A stretch of 64,000 bases of DNA from Candidatus Shapirobacteria bacterium. Lineage in GTDB: Bacteria; Patescibacteriota; Microgenomatia; UBA12405. Made by a program: the position numbers and the translations under genes. Shown piece by piece: positions 18,760 to 28,928 of this stretch; the first letter of the stretch is position 1, and the number at the start of each line of letters is the position of its first letter. Below the pieces are notes generated by a model. The model was not told where the DNA came from, did no database searches, and saw only the letters and a program-made list of their open reading frames with translations. The stretch covers positions 90,774-154,773 of the forward strand of contig JACPHO010000001.1 in NCBI GenBank assembly GCA_016188545.1, written 5' to 3'.

Positions 18760-19284
18760 ATGAACTTGATACTCCTTGGAGGAAATGGTGTCGAAAATAA
18801 GATGTGGATTGAAAAGATTGAAACCACGCTTAAACCATTATTTTCAACTACCTATATTCAATATTACATGCACTGGCAAAAGGGAGGGGAAATGGTAGAT
18901 ATCAACCTTGAGGCGAACAAGTTGTCAAGCTATGCAAAAGACATTAGGGAATATGTAATTTTTGCAAAATCAGCAGGAATTCTGATAACCGCAAAAGCAG
19001 TTCACGATAATGCCTTAAGACCTGTAAAATGTATTTTCACTGGCATTCCAATAAGTTGGGCAATAAGTAAAGGTTTTGATATATCAAACTGGTTTGAAGG
19101 ATTTAAGGACACCTCCTTAGTGATCCAGCACAACGAAGATCCGTTCGCATCTTCTAAAAACGTATCAGAGTTTATTACCAAGGAAAATATGATTAACACA
19201 AATTTGGTCGAACTTCCGGGGAATACACACGATTACCTTGAGTACGATAGAATAAAAAAAATAGTCGCGGATTTTGTCTACTAA
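18760..19284 (+). CDS. hypothetical protein (possibly alpha/beta-hydrolase-like)
   Basis: 174-aa ORF. First gene of the islet downstream of the tRNA. Weak fold guess only. Confidence 0.3.
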   Translation: MNLILLGGNGVENKMWIEKIETTLKPLFSTTYIQYYMHWQKGGEMVDINLEANKLSSYAKDIREYVIFAKSAGILITAKAVHDNALRPVKCIFTGIPISWAISKGFDISNWFEGFKDTSLVIQHNEDPFASSKNVSEFITKENMINTNLVELPGNTHDYLEYDRIKKIVADFVY

Positions 19285-19395
19285 CTGTCTATACGACCAT
19301 AATGCTTTGGATCGAGTTTGATACGTTTAACATCTTTCATCTATATTGATACATATAGTGATATAATCCACAGAAATTAAGAAAACAGTCAATTT

Positions 19396-20736
19396 ATGGC
19401 AACGGAACAAATAAGATACTACGATGTTTCCATAAATCAGAACATGTCACAGCTAACCGGACAGACTCTAGACACCGCAGAGCTAGTTGGCCGAAAAATT
19501 GCCGCGGACCCAATATTGTTTAAATCGAGAGGTTTAGTCGACCAAATCGGAAACTTTGACTTTGATCCAATTGGTATCAAAAAGTCTTCGCGGTGGGAAT
19601 CAGCTGTTGCCACGATGATATATGCAATTTCAGATCAAATACCAAACCGGGAAGAGATAAAAAGAGGAAGACAGATCATTGAAGTACTACCAAAAAGCAT
19701 AAAAGAGCAAATAAACAGAGAATTTATACTGGGTTTTCTGCCATACTTTTTAACTGGATTCAACTTCCACACTGGTGATCATTTTGTTGAAGATTCAAAT
19801 ACCGTCAAAGACGGCGCCACTTTTATTGAAGAGGTCCATGGAAAAACAGAAATACGCACAAGTTCACTGCTATGTGCACACCGTGAATCACATAAAGTCA
19901 AAGAGCTTTCTCTAAGAGATCATATACACACGACAAAAGCAGTAAGGGCACTTAATCTTTTTTTTGGTTTAGTAGGTAACAGCACCAGCCAAACATCAAT
20001 CATCGATTGGTATCAGCAATTTTCTACTAAAAGAGCATCATCAAACATATTTCCCGAAATTTTTATTGGCTATCTTAAGACCGGGAAAATTAGTGACCTC
20101 GTGAGGGTATTAGATTTACATCAAAGAGAACTCGAACAATTAATGGCTAATGCCACCAGAGTAGATACAAATATTTCACTAAAATCACTTGATCTCTTTA
20201 CAACCCAAGTGGAGACTTTTTTATCTGATAGATACGGTGTGGATTGGGCAAGTCACGAGAAACCCGGCCAGTCAGACGCACTGACTGATATAACAACAGG
20301 ATTCACCCTTCCAGAAGTAACTAGATTGATGCCGTTTTATGGACAATCTGCGGCGGAAATACGTACTCTTGAAGCCTATCGTCAAATAAATATTGATATG
20401 GCCGAAGATCAAAGAGAAAGCGATCTTGTAAAGCAGATATTTGATTGGTTTGTTCAAAACCAACGAATGACGAAATACAGTAAAGCTCTTTTTGAAACAG
20501 CTCAGTACTACTTATGGGGCTCTACTTCAGCCAGGGACGGTTTAGTTTGTCTAGGCATCGACCGTGACCACAGTAATTATCAGCGTCTAGCATTTCAACA
20601 AGGTTTTCTTGATACGCAAGGAACAACCAACGTTAAGAATGTTCCTTTGTTGTACGCCAGAAGACGGGACGCTGAAACGTCAAAAGGAATATTAAGTGAA
20701 ATATCGTTTAGACAGTTTTGGAGAGATACAAATTAG
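19396..20736 (+). CDS. hypothetical protein
   Basis: 446-aa ORF. Overlaps the transketolase start by 19 nt, so it probably sits in the same operon. Confidence 0.5.
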   Translation: MATEQIRYYDVSINQNMSQLTGQTLDTAELVGRKIAADPILFKSRGLVDQIGNFDFDPIGIKKSSRWESAVATMIYAISDQIPNREEIKRGRQIIEVLPKSIKEQINREFILGFLPYFLTGFNFHTGDHFVEDSNTVKDGATFIEEVHGKTEIRTSSLLCAHRESHKVKELSLRDHIHTTKAVRALNLFFGLVGNSTSQTSIIDWYQQFSTKRASSNIFPEIFIGYLKTGKISDLVRVLDLHQRELEQLMANATRVDTNISLKSLDLFTTQVETFLSDRYGVDWASHEKPGQSDALTDITTGFTLPEVTRLMPFYGQSAAEIRTLEAYRQINIDMAEDQRESDLVKQIFDWFVQNQRMTKYSKALFETAQYYLWGSTSARDGLVCLGIDRDHSNYQRLAFQQGFLDTQGTTNVKNVPLLYARRRDAETSKGILSEISFRQFWRDTN

Positions 20737-22676
20737 AATCTAATATGCCAACAGAAAGACATCGTGATTCAGATAAACTAACAGCATTATCTTTAGAAAT
20801 TAGACGTTCAGTATTCCAAACAATTGTTGATGCTAAAAGCGGACACCTTGGGGGTAACTCTTCTTCAGTCGAGTTGCTGACATGTCTTTATTTTGGAGGA
20901 ATATTAAGGTTTGATCCAGCAAATCCAAAAGCTGAAAACAGAGACAGGGTCTTGATTAGGGGACACGAGGGCCCAGTCCGATATAAGATTTTTAGTTTAA
21001 TGGGCTTGTTTCCCGAGGAAGAGCTGAAAACATATCGGCAATTTGGGTCAATACTACAGGGTCATGAAGACATGCATACCACTCCCGGTGTCGATATAAC
21101 CCCATCTGGTTCTCTTGGAATGGGACTTTCATATGGCATCGGTTGCGCCATATCCGCCAAAGAAAAAGAGCTAGATTATAGAACATTCGTATTTTTAGGT
21201 GATGGAGAAGAACAAGAAGGAAATGTGAGTGAGGCGGCAAGACACGCAACTAGTGCTGGACTTAATAACCTTATCTGTATACTTGATAAAAACGACAAAC
21301 AATTATCTCGGCCGACTGTCGAATCTGACGGTGGTGCCGACGTAAAAACAATCTGGCGGGGTTATGGTTGGAACGTTATTGAGGTTGAAGATGGTCACGA
21401 CATTGAACAAGTAATGGCCGCTTATTCCAAGCTTGATTATATCCAAAAACCAACCCTTATCATCGCTCATACGATTAAAGGAAAAGGAATCCCTGGTGCT
21501 GAGGAGAATTACTGCGGTTTCCATACTCTTAGTGTTTGTCCACCAGAGTCAGCTCGGTTTGCATTAAATAATGCAACTCAGGAGGTTGAGGCTCGCCGTG
21601 CAGAAGTTGACGCAGTCACATTACACACCAAAGATATGGTTAGACGTCCAAACGTAGCTCCATTGATCACTACAGTGAGTGAGATACCCACCATTGAGGT
21701 TGAAGTTGATCCTAATGACAATCGTAATTTGGATAATTCGCAAGGATTTTATTTCGATAAGCTTAGGCAGGCAACTCGAAATGGAGAATCGATGAAATTA
21801 TACGTTTTGACCCCCGACTTTATTAGAAAAGATACTGTTGAACAGGTGTCATTTCATGAGTTCGCTAGATATATTGACGCAGGAATAAGGGAGCAACACA
21901 CAATTGCCATGGCCCATGGGATATCCATTACCGATCCGTCTGCTAGAATTTTTATCAATTTCGGCGATGCCTTTATTTATAGAGCTATGGATCAGCTTAA
22001 TGCAGCTGCCCAAGGAGGAAGTAGAATGTTAATAATCGGGGAACATAGTGGTCTAACACAGGAAAGAAATGGCAAAACTCATCAGACAAGTGGTCAACCA
22101 GGGGCCCTAGTCAATATGCCTGGTCTAACATTTAAAGAACCTGCCGATGTCCAAGATCTTTATAATGTCCTAAATTGGGCGTTCACTAATAATCCTGGAG
22201 TTATTTATGCCAGAATACACCGTAAAAACATCACTCAGCTATATAGAGAGGAAAAAGACAAACGTAATATTACCTCATACATAACTCACGATCCAGGTAA
22301 AAAACCAGGGCTTGTTATTGTTGGTAGTGGATTCACAACCCAAAACTCAGTCGAGGCTGCAAAAATACTGGAGTCAAAACATGGAATTCCGACTCGGGTT
22401 ATAAATGTTGTTGGGCCAGTAGAACTTGGTGATAACTTTGTTGGTCAAACTGAAGATGGTGTACCGCTTCTTACAGTCTATAATGGCAATAGAAGAGTAT
22501 TACAATCAATGGTGAGTCTGGCAATCATGGATTCAACCGTCGCCCGTCCCAGTGTAATAAAAAGTCATGGTTTTGACTATGGGACAACAGGAGGGATCAA
22601 AGACCTTGAGAAGCACTTCCAACTGGATAGTGAAGGTATAGTCCAAGTAGTTAGAAATTCGTTTTCGATTTCATGA
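20718..22676 (+). CDS. tkt: transketolase
   Basis: N-terminal SGHLGGNSS. RDRVLIRGHEGP. TPGVDITPSGSLGMGLSYGIGCAI. ThDP motif LGDGEEQEGNVSEAA. Then LICILDKND. 652 aa. Confidence 0.85.
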   Translation: MERYKLESNMPTERHRDSDKLTALSLEIRRSVFQTIVDAKSGHLGGNSSSVELLTCLYFGGILRFDPANPKAENRDRVLIRGHEGPVRYKIFSLMGLFPEEELKTYRQFGSILQGHEDMHTTPGVDITPSGSLGMGLSYGIGCAISAKEKELDYRTFVFLGDGEEQEGNVSEAARHATSAGLNNLICILDKNDKQLSRPTVESDGGADVKTIWRGYGWNVIEVEDGHDIEQVMAAYSKLDYIQKPTLIIAHTIKGKGIPGAEENYCGFHTLSVCPPESARFALNNATQEVEARRAEVDAVTLHTKDMVRRPNVAPLITTVSEIPTIEVEVDPNDNRNLDNSQGFYFDKLRQATRNGESMKLYVLTPDFIRKDTVEQVSFHEFARYIDAGIREQHTIAMAHGISITDPSARIFINFGDAFIYRAMDQLNAAAQGGSRMLIIGEHSGLTQERNGKTHQTSGQPGALVNMPGLTFKEPADVQDLYNVLNWAFTNNPGVIYARIHRKNITQLYREEKDKRNITSYITHDPGKKPGLVIVGSGFTTQNSVEAAKILESKHGIPTRVINVVGPVELGDNFVGQTEDGVPLLTVYNGNRRVLQSMVSLAIMDSTVARPSVIKSHGFDYGTTGGIKDLEKHFQLDSEGIVQVVRNSFSIS

Positions 22677-23350
22677 AAAAAAGAATCCTTATGGTTGGAG
22701 GTTGCTCGAAAATTGCGTCACATTTTATTAAAAGACATCATCGTAAATTCATTATTGACATTACTACTCATTCCAGTGTTCCAACTGGATTACCAGATTC
22801 GGTTAATAATTTTTCATTAGACCTTTCCGAAAATAGTTCAATTAAAAAACTATCGAGACAATTAGTCAACTATCGCTATGACGGAATATTATTCTTTTCT
22901 GGCACATACTGGGCAGATGAATGTAGCAACCAAAAAAAACTAGAAGAATCAATAAAAGTAAATTTTTTGAGTAGCCTTGAGTTGTTGGATAGCCTTAAAT
23001 TAAATAATAGTTCTAAAATAATATTTTTTACAGATGAAGGTATTTCCCAACCCAAAAGAAACTATCTTTCATATTCATTTTCAAAAGCATTGCTACAAGA
23101 TTATATTAGGCTACTTGCAGTTAAATACTCGTCTACCTCTTCGGTAATTGGCATCGGATTGGGACCAACAGTAACAGATAAAACAGGACAAGATAAAGTC
23201 AAGTATTTTTCTAAAAGTCTAATCTCTGTAAAAAATCCGTGTTTGGGTTTAGTGAACTTAATTAATTTTATTATTGGCGAAGATAACTTTTACTCAACTG
23301 GAAGAATATTACCCTTTGATGGTGGTACATATATCCGAAGGACAAATTAA
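22673..23350 (+). CDS. Rossmann-fold NAD(P)-binding protein (SDR-like)
   Basis: N-terminal ILMVGGCSKIASHF glycine-rich turn. ATGA overlap with the tkt stop. Confidence 0.45.
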   Translation: MKKRILMVGGCSKIASHFIKRHHRKFIIDITTHSSVPTGLPDSVNNFSLDLSENSSIKKLSRQLVNYRYDGILFFSGTYWADECSNQKKLEESIKVNFLSSLELLDSLKLNNSSKIIFFTDEGISQPKRNYLSYSFSKALLQDYIRLLAVKYSSTSSVIGIGLGPTVTDKTGQDKVKYFSKSLISVKNPCLGLVNLINFIIGEDNFYSTGRILPFDGGTYIRRTN

Positions 23351-23351
23351 C

Positions 23352-23942
23352 TCAGCTTTTGTTGGTAGATAGCCTAGAATTTTCTATGTCCCTGAAAAAC
23401 TGGTCAATAAAGTCATTTCTATGAAGTAACTCCCCAGTTTTTATCGTGGTTTTTGTAACAAAGTCACTTTTTTTAACGCCTCTCATGCTCACACACAAAT
23501 GCTCTGCCCCCACATGAACAATAAGTCCCTTGGGATGCAAGTTTTTCTCTATTGATTCTGATAGTTGATTTGTTAAGTTCTCCTGAGTTTGTAGTCTTTT
23601 CGAGAAAGAATCAACTAGCCTAGCAAATTTAGATAAACCCAACACCTTTCCATTTGGAACATACCCAATGTGAACCTTCCCTTAAAATGGAATCATATGG
23701 TGTTCGCATAAACTATAGAAACTTATGTTTGCGACTGTAATTAGTTCGTGATAACCGTTGCTTTCAAACGTCTTAAATATTGAGACGATATCGTCGTTAT
23801 AACCAGAGAATAACTCCTTGTACATCTTTATTACCCGCTGGGGTGTCTCAACTAAACCCTCCCTCCCAGCATCTTCCCCAAGATAAGTAAGTAAGCCTTT
23901 TATCAAATCCGTTGCATATTTATCGTTTTTTTGCGTCTCCAT
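23352..23942 (-). pseudogene. folE: GTP cyclohydrolase I (folE) interrupted by one in-frame TAA
   Basis: N-part ...REGLVETPQRVIKMY...CEHHMIPF, then TAA (plus-strand TTA at 23682-23684), then in the same frame GKVHIGYVPNGKVLGLSKFARLVDSFSKRLQTQE...VHVGAEHLCVSMRGV. The stop replaces the aromatic residue that is Tyr in B. subtilis FolE and Phe in E. coli FolE. Confidence 0.85.
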
Positions 23943-24229
23943 AGATTATATCTTTTACTTATTTGCGTAATTATACGATTATTATGCTCACAGTCAAGAT
24001 ATGAACATAAACTAACTTTGGTATATCAAATACATAGTTCCTCTCCCAACCAATTACGTAAACAAGTAAAGTTTCGGTATATATACCATATCTCTGAGTA
24101 TTAAGTAGTGAAAATAGGCATAAAGTTGCTATGTAGACTAGAATTTAGGTAAGTTTTAACCCATTCCTCTATCCGAGTACTATCCCAACGAGGGAGCACT
24201 TCGGCAAGCTCAGTGCAAGCTTGTCAAAA

Positions 24230-24532
24230 ATGAAAACAGAAAATTGGTATACATACATTCTTTTGTGCGATCAGAAAACTTCTTATGTCTGAATAACAAA
24301 TGATTTAAAAAGTCATATAAATAGTCATAAATCAAAACAAACATTTTTTACAAAAAAGTTTTCTGATATACGATTAGTATATTGCGAAAAATACGGAACC
24401 AACCATGAAGCTGCTCTTCGTGAAAAACAAATCAAAGGATGGAGCCGCACAAAAAAGCAAATGTTGATTGAAGGTAAACTAGGAATCAATCGCTACACTG
24501 AGTTTGACGAAATTCTTTCCCATTTAGATTGA
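24230..24532 (+). pseudogene. small GIY-YIG nuclease-superfamily gene (YhbQ/UPF0213-like) with in-frame TGA at the conserved Gly
   Basis: Manual translation: MKTENWYTYILLCDQKTSYV-TGA(24290)-ITNDLKSHINSHKSK...FSDIRLVYCEKYGTNHEAALREKQIKGWSRTKKQMLIEG... The TGA sits where the G of the Y-[IV]-G motif is expected. Confidence 0.65.
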
Positions 24533-24561
24533 ACCTTGTGAGTTTACTTCGAGCGAAGCCG

Positions 24562-24610
24562 AGAAGAATCCTCGAGGGGGAGCATTAAAAAAGTCCGACA
24601 AAAATGGCGG
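24562..24610 (+). repeat. direct repeat of the tRNA-Asn 3' end (att-like)
   Basis: GAATCCTCGAGGGGGAGCA (24566-24584) matches tRNA 3' end GAATCTTCGAGGGGGAGCA (18666-18684) at 18/19 positions. The following approximately 25 nt are also similar (TAAAAAA...CC...AAAAAT in both). Same orientation, 5.9 kb apart. Confidence 0.6.
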
Positions 24611-24751
24611 ATTTTTTAATGTCTTCTTCAGAATATCAGAATTACCAAAGGCAGTTGAGCTTGTACCTTTTTTCTTCCCCCTTCTCTATGATTGGCACAC
24701 CTAAATACCCCATGGTATTGACAAAATCGCAATATTAACCTATAATACGAA

Positions 24752-25699
24752 ATGCGTACCAAACTCGTCATGACTCTGGTGACTCGGGATGAAGACGATA
24801 TTCTCGAAAAAAACATTTGTTTTCACCTTAACCACGGAGTTGACTTTATTGTTGCTGTTAACAACGGTTCAAAGGACAGTACTCGCCACGTCTTGGAGAA
24901 ATACGCCAGAATTGGACTTCTGGCCTATAAAAACGTACCCGAGCATACCAAAGAACAAAGCCGTTGGGTTACAGATCTAGCCAATCTCGCTGTCAAAAAG
25001 TATCACGCTACTCATCTTATCCATGTTGACACCGATGAATTTTGGTTCCCAAAATCCGGCAACCTAAAGAATCATCTTCCTGTTAACCGGCAGGTTGGTC
25101 TTGTTCCCTCGTTAAATTATCTACCGCCTTCATTTGCACAAAAACTGTCTTTAAAACGCACCGTTGTTTCCCACCCTTACTCTCGCCATGCTCTTTTTCA
25201 AACCGATGAAAGTTATCGTTTCTTGCTATTTGCCCAACAACCCAAAGTTGCCACCACTAGCCATCACACCCACATAGCCCAAGGTAACCATTTGGTTATT
25301 AGCCCTGGACGTGTTAAGTATTTACCGATAAATGGAATCACTATCCACCATTTTCCCATCCGTTCTTTTGCCCAGTTCAAAACCAAGGTCAAAAATGGTG
25401 GTTCCGCCTACCTCAACCATCCTCATTCTAACCCGGGAATTGGATGGCATCAAAAAAGCTGGTACCACTATTTTCAACAAGGACTACTGCTCGATGTCTA
25501 CCATCAGCTAACCATTTCCGCTTCCGAAAAACGTCTACTTTTTAACAATGGCAATTTATCAAACATTCGACTACCCTTATCCATTCTATGCGCTCCGATA
25601 ATATTTACTCTCAAAAGATATTATCTCCGTCTTGTAGCTATTCGTTCACAATTTAATTCGTTCCGTCAAAAACTTGTACTAAACCCGGCTTTCGATTAA
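24752..25699 (+). CDS. glycosyltransferase family 2-like protein
   Basis: N-terminal LVMTLVTRDEDDILEKNICFHLNHGVDFIVAVNNGSKDST and acidic HVDTDEFW motif, as in GT2-like family proteins. Confidence 0.55.
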   Translation: MRTKLVMTLVTRDEDDILEKNICFHLNHGVDFIVAVNNGSKDSTRHVLEKYARIGLLAYKNVPEHTKEQSRWVTDLANLAVKKYHATHLIHVDTDEFWFPKSGNLKNHLPVNRQVGLVPSLNYLPPSFAQKLSLKRTVVSHPYSRHALFQTDESYRFLLFAQQPKVATTSHHTHIAQGNHLVISPGRVKYLPINGITIHHFPIRSFAQFKTKVKNGGSAYLNHPHSNPGIGWHQKSWYHYFQQGLLLDVYHQLTISASEKRLLFNNGNLSNIRLPLSILCAPIIFTLKRYYLRLVAIRSQFNSFRQKLVLNPAFD

Positions 25700-25827
25700 G
25701 TTAATACGCCGCCTTCCATATTTCACCTAACACTGGAAGCGTGCGCAATAGGACTTATTTTTAAACTAAAATAGGTCCTGATTTTTCGTACCATCATGGA
25801 CATTTGAACCTTTGGTAGAATTGACCA

Positions 25828-26949
25828 ATGACAATTGACTCAGTTAGTGAAAATCTTTTCAAAATTGCCTTGTATTTGGAAAAACTAATACCAGGCATGG
25901 TATCTGAGGTTTGGATTGACGATGATTTGTTAAATCATCTCAAAAATAACCTCCCGGACCAAAGTAATGTATTGGATTTAATTTGTCAAACAAAATCTCT
26001 CATTAGAGAGATTTTAGATGAGAAAAGAAAGCAATATCTGAAAGAAGTTCTACAAAGCCTGGAATTTCAAATAAATAGTGCAGATAAAAAACTTCCATAT
26101 GAGGTAATTTCCGAAAAAACATTTGGTTATAAAATCACCAGAGTTGGGGAAAAAGACATTCGGATAATTGAAGAAAAAATTAGAGATTTGGAAACCAAAA
26201 TTGGTCTCTCTCGCCAAGAAATCTATATTAAAAACTTGGTTAATCCAGAAGAGTACAAATCAGTTTTTGAGAAAAATATTCAAACAGTCAAAGATAAACT
26301 ACCCGCTAGTATATTGGATTTCCCAGATGGAGGTTTTCTCTTTGAAACTACAATCAATAAACCTTGGAGTGCTTTTAACTCTCATATTGCTCCCTTCAAA
26401 TCAAAATTGACTCTAAACACTGATTTACATTTCAATACCTATGACTTATTTCGTCTATCTTCACACGAAGCTTACGGTGGACACCATTCTGAGCTATCAA
26501 ATAAAGACAAGCTACTTGTAGAAAGAGGTTTTGGTGAGCATGGGTTAGTTATCAATCTCAGTCCCCAGACTTTTATAAGCGAAGCTATCGCTGAAGGGAT
26601 TTATATACTTCTCAAAATTGCTGATGAATCAAATCTTGAGGAACAACTAACTTGGTACTATAACCGGCTTACTTTTGCCCTACAAAATTTGGCTACATTT
26701 TTATATAACGATGACGGAAAAAGCGTTGAGGAGATAAGAAAGACGATTAGTGAATACTATATTTCTGATGCCACCGTTAACCTGATAGTCAACTTTTCTA
26801 CTGATCCGGTATTTGGTAAATACGCACCGGTCTATTATTCTGCCTTCAACTTCCTATCTGACCTCTTTCAAAAATCGTTAAACAAAAATGAACTAATAGA
26901 AACGTTATTTACAAAACCATGTACTCCAGAGCTGTTAACAAAAAAATAG
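25828..26949 (+). CDS. hypothetical protein
   Basis: 373-aa ORF with His-rich SSHEAYGGHHSE segment. No confident family. Confidence 0.45.
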   Translation: MTIDSVSENLFKIALYLEKLIPGMVSEVWIDDDLLNHLKNNLPDQSNVLDLICQTKSLIREILDEKRKQYLKEVLQSLEFQINSADKKLPYEVISEKTFGYKITRVGEKDIRIIEEKIRDLETKIGLSRQEIYIKNLVNPEEYKSVFEKNIQTVKDKLPASILDFPDGGFLFETTINKPWSAFNSHIAPFKSKLTLNTDLHFNTYDLFRLSSHEAYGGHHSELSNKDKLLVERGFGEHGLVINLSPQTFISEAIAEGIYILLKIADESNLEEQLTWYYNRLTFALQNLATFLYNDDGKSVEEIRKTISEYYISDATVNLIVNFSTDPVFGKYAPVYYSAFNFLSDLFQKSLNKNELIETLFTKPCTPELLTKK

Positions 26950-27161
26950 CTAGTCAATATCCACACGTCGCCTTCCCGATTTCCTCTAACGCTGGGGGCA
27001 CTAAAGTACAGAAACAACCACTAAATTTCACAAACGGACAACACAACAAATTAATATTCCCCAGATACATGTAAGGAATTGCGCATACAAACCTTACATC
27101 CCATATGCTGATGTTAGGTTTCATGAAAATTGTCAAAAGAGTTATACTTGTCTTGATTTAT

Positions 27162-28180
27162 ATGATTAAAAAACTACCAGACAATCAAATAGCTTTCTAT
27201 CAAACTCCTGACGGGTCGGTAAATATCGAAGTACTGTTTGCGGAAGAGAATATCTGGCTTACCCAGAAGAAGATGGCTGAGCTTTTCGATTGCTCGATAG
27301 ATAATATTTCGCTTCATTTGAAGAATATTTATCAAGAAAATGAGGTTTATCAAGAGTCAACTATCGAGGAATTCTCGGTAGTTCAAAAAGAGGGAGACAG
27401 AGAAGTTTCCCGAAAGGTTACTTTCTATAGTCTTGAGGCAATTATTGCTGTTGGTTACAGAGTCAGTTCTGAGCGGGGTGCACAGTTTCGCCAGTGGGCA
27501 ACCGGAATTTTGAAAAACTATATCCACAAAGGTTATGTCCTGGATACTAATCGGATGAAGTATGGTTCCCGCTTTAGCGCGAGGTATTTTGACGAGCTTT
27601 ACGAAGAAATTAAGGACATCCGTACCAGTGAACGGATGATCTATCAAAAAATCACTGATATTTATGCCACAGCAGTTGATTACTCGCCACAGGCGTATGA
27701 GAGTAAACAGTTTTTTGCGACTGTTCAAAATAAACTTCATTTTGCCATTACTGGTAAAACCGCCGCAGAAATCATAGTGGAACGTGTCAGCAAAATAGAA
27801 AAGAAAAAATGGGATTGACTTCCTGGAGGCGATCTCCAGAAGGCAAAATTATGCCAAGTGATGTTACAATCGCGAAAAATTATCTGGATAAAAAGGAGCT
27901 GGCTCATCTCAATAGCATCGGCAATATGTATTTGGATTACGCTGAGTTACAAGCCGCTCGTGGCAGAGCTATGACGATGAAAGATTGGGTAGAAAAACTT
28001 AACGCTTTTTTGAAGTTTAGTGAATACGAAATTTTAACCAATGCTGGAAAAATTAGTCATGAAGTGGCCGAGACCTTAGCATTAAAGGAATATGAGGTAT
28101 TTAAAAAAGAGCAGGACAAACACTACATTTCCGACTTTGACAAAGTGGTCAAAAAATTGCTCAAGAGCAAAAATAAATAA
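27162..28180 (+). pseudogene. RhuM-family virulence/defence protein, frameshifted in a poly-A tract
   Basis: N-part QIAFYQTPDGSVNIEVLFAEENIWLTQKKMAELF...VGYRVSSERGAQFRQWATGILKNY. C-part MGLTSWRRSPEGKIMPSDVTIAKNYL...MYLDYAEL lies in the other frame. Restoring one A in GAAAAGAAAAAATGG (about 27795-27809) fuses them. Confidence 0.8.
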
Positions 28181-28181
28181 C

Positions 28182-28928
28182 ATGAACCCGCCTGACTTTA
28201 CTCTCGATAAAATCAAGTTTGCGACAGATGGGCCGACGTTTGAAAAGGCCGTAGCTTTGTATGAAAGCGACAAGGTAACTCAAGTCGAAGAGGGTATCAG
28301 ATCGTATACGGCAGTTGTTAAGGGTACAAAACCATATCGAGTCTCAGTAGAAGCCAGACGATACGATTATGGCCATTGCACCTGCTATTTAGGAGCCAGT
28401 GGCACACTTTGTAAGCATATGGTTGCTTTGGCAATTTATGCGGTTCAAGACGGAAAGCCATTAACTGCCGATAATAAAAAGATAGTTCAAAATCCAGTTT
28501 GTAGTGGAAAGTTGGGTACTTTATCAGAGAATGAGTTACTTACTGTAAAACAGACGATTACCACTTCTTTGAAATACATCAAAGCTTACACTGGTCCGTC
28601 TCGTACCTGGTTTGTCTACCAAAATTCGCTCTCCGAAGGTTGCAACCGTTTATCTGCTGTAATCTCTGATTTACCCGTAAGTATCCAAACAACTGGATTG
28701 TTGGTTGATTTACTTTTAAGATTGGACAAGAAACTATGTACTGGCGGAGTTGATGACTCGGATGGTGAAGTGGGCGGGTTCATTGAGGAAGTGGTGGAGG
28801 TGTTGCAGGAATTTGTTAAGCTGGATCCGAGTTGCGTCACTGCTTTTGATAAGTTGAAAAATAGAGAAACATGTTTTGGCTGGGAGAAGCCGTTGCTGAA
28901 TCTTTTCAAAAATGCAAGAAGTGATTGA
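28182..28928 (+). CDS. SWIM zinc-finger domain protein
   Basis: CxC-x(n)-CxH signature YDYGHCTCYLGASGTLCKHMVALAIYAV. Start placed at MNPPDF (28182). Confidence 0.65.
   Translation: MNPPDFTLDKIKFATDGPTFEKAVALYESDKVTQVEEGIRSYTAVVKGTKPYRVSVEARRYDYGHCTCYLGASGTLCKHMVALAIYAVQDGKPLTADNKKIVQNPVCSGKLGTLSENELLTVKQTITTSLKYIKAYTGPSRTWFVYQNSLSEGCNRLSAVISDLPVSIQTTGLLVDLLLRLDKKLCTGGVDDSDGEVGGFIEEVVEVLQEFVKLDPSCVTAFDKLKNRETCFGWEKPLLNLFKNARSD

Noticed and set aside
24290-24292. Genome-wide TGA=Gly recoding (table 25) suggested by TGA at a conserved Gly
   Set aside because: Many 600-800-aa ORFs (P-type ATPase, DnaG, VirB4-like, acetyl-CoA synthetase) have no in-frame TGA. TGA also terminates tkt at 22674-22676. 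Only this one gene shows the pattern, so it is treated as a local pseudogene or possible foreign gene.
26950-27104. Inverted repeat ACATGTAAGG-n15-CCTTACAT upstream of RhuM as a regulatory operator
   Set aside because: A single 8-9-bp palindrome with a 15-nt loop in AT-rich DNA. It is not repeated elsewhere in the window and has no adjacent regulator gene, so it is too weak to call.
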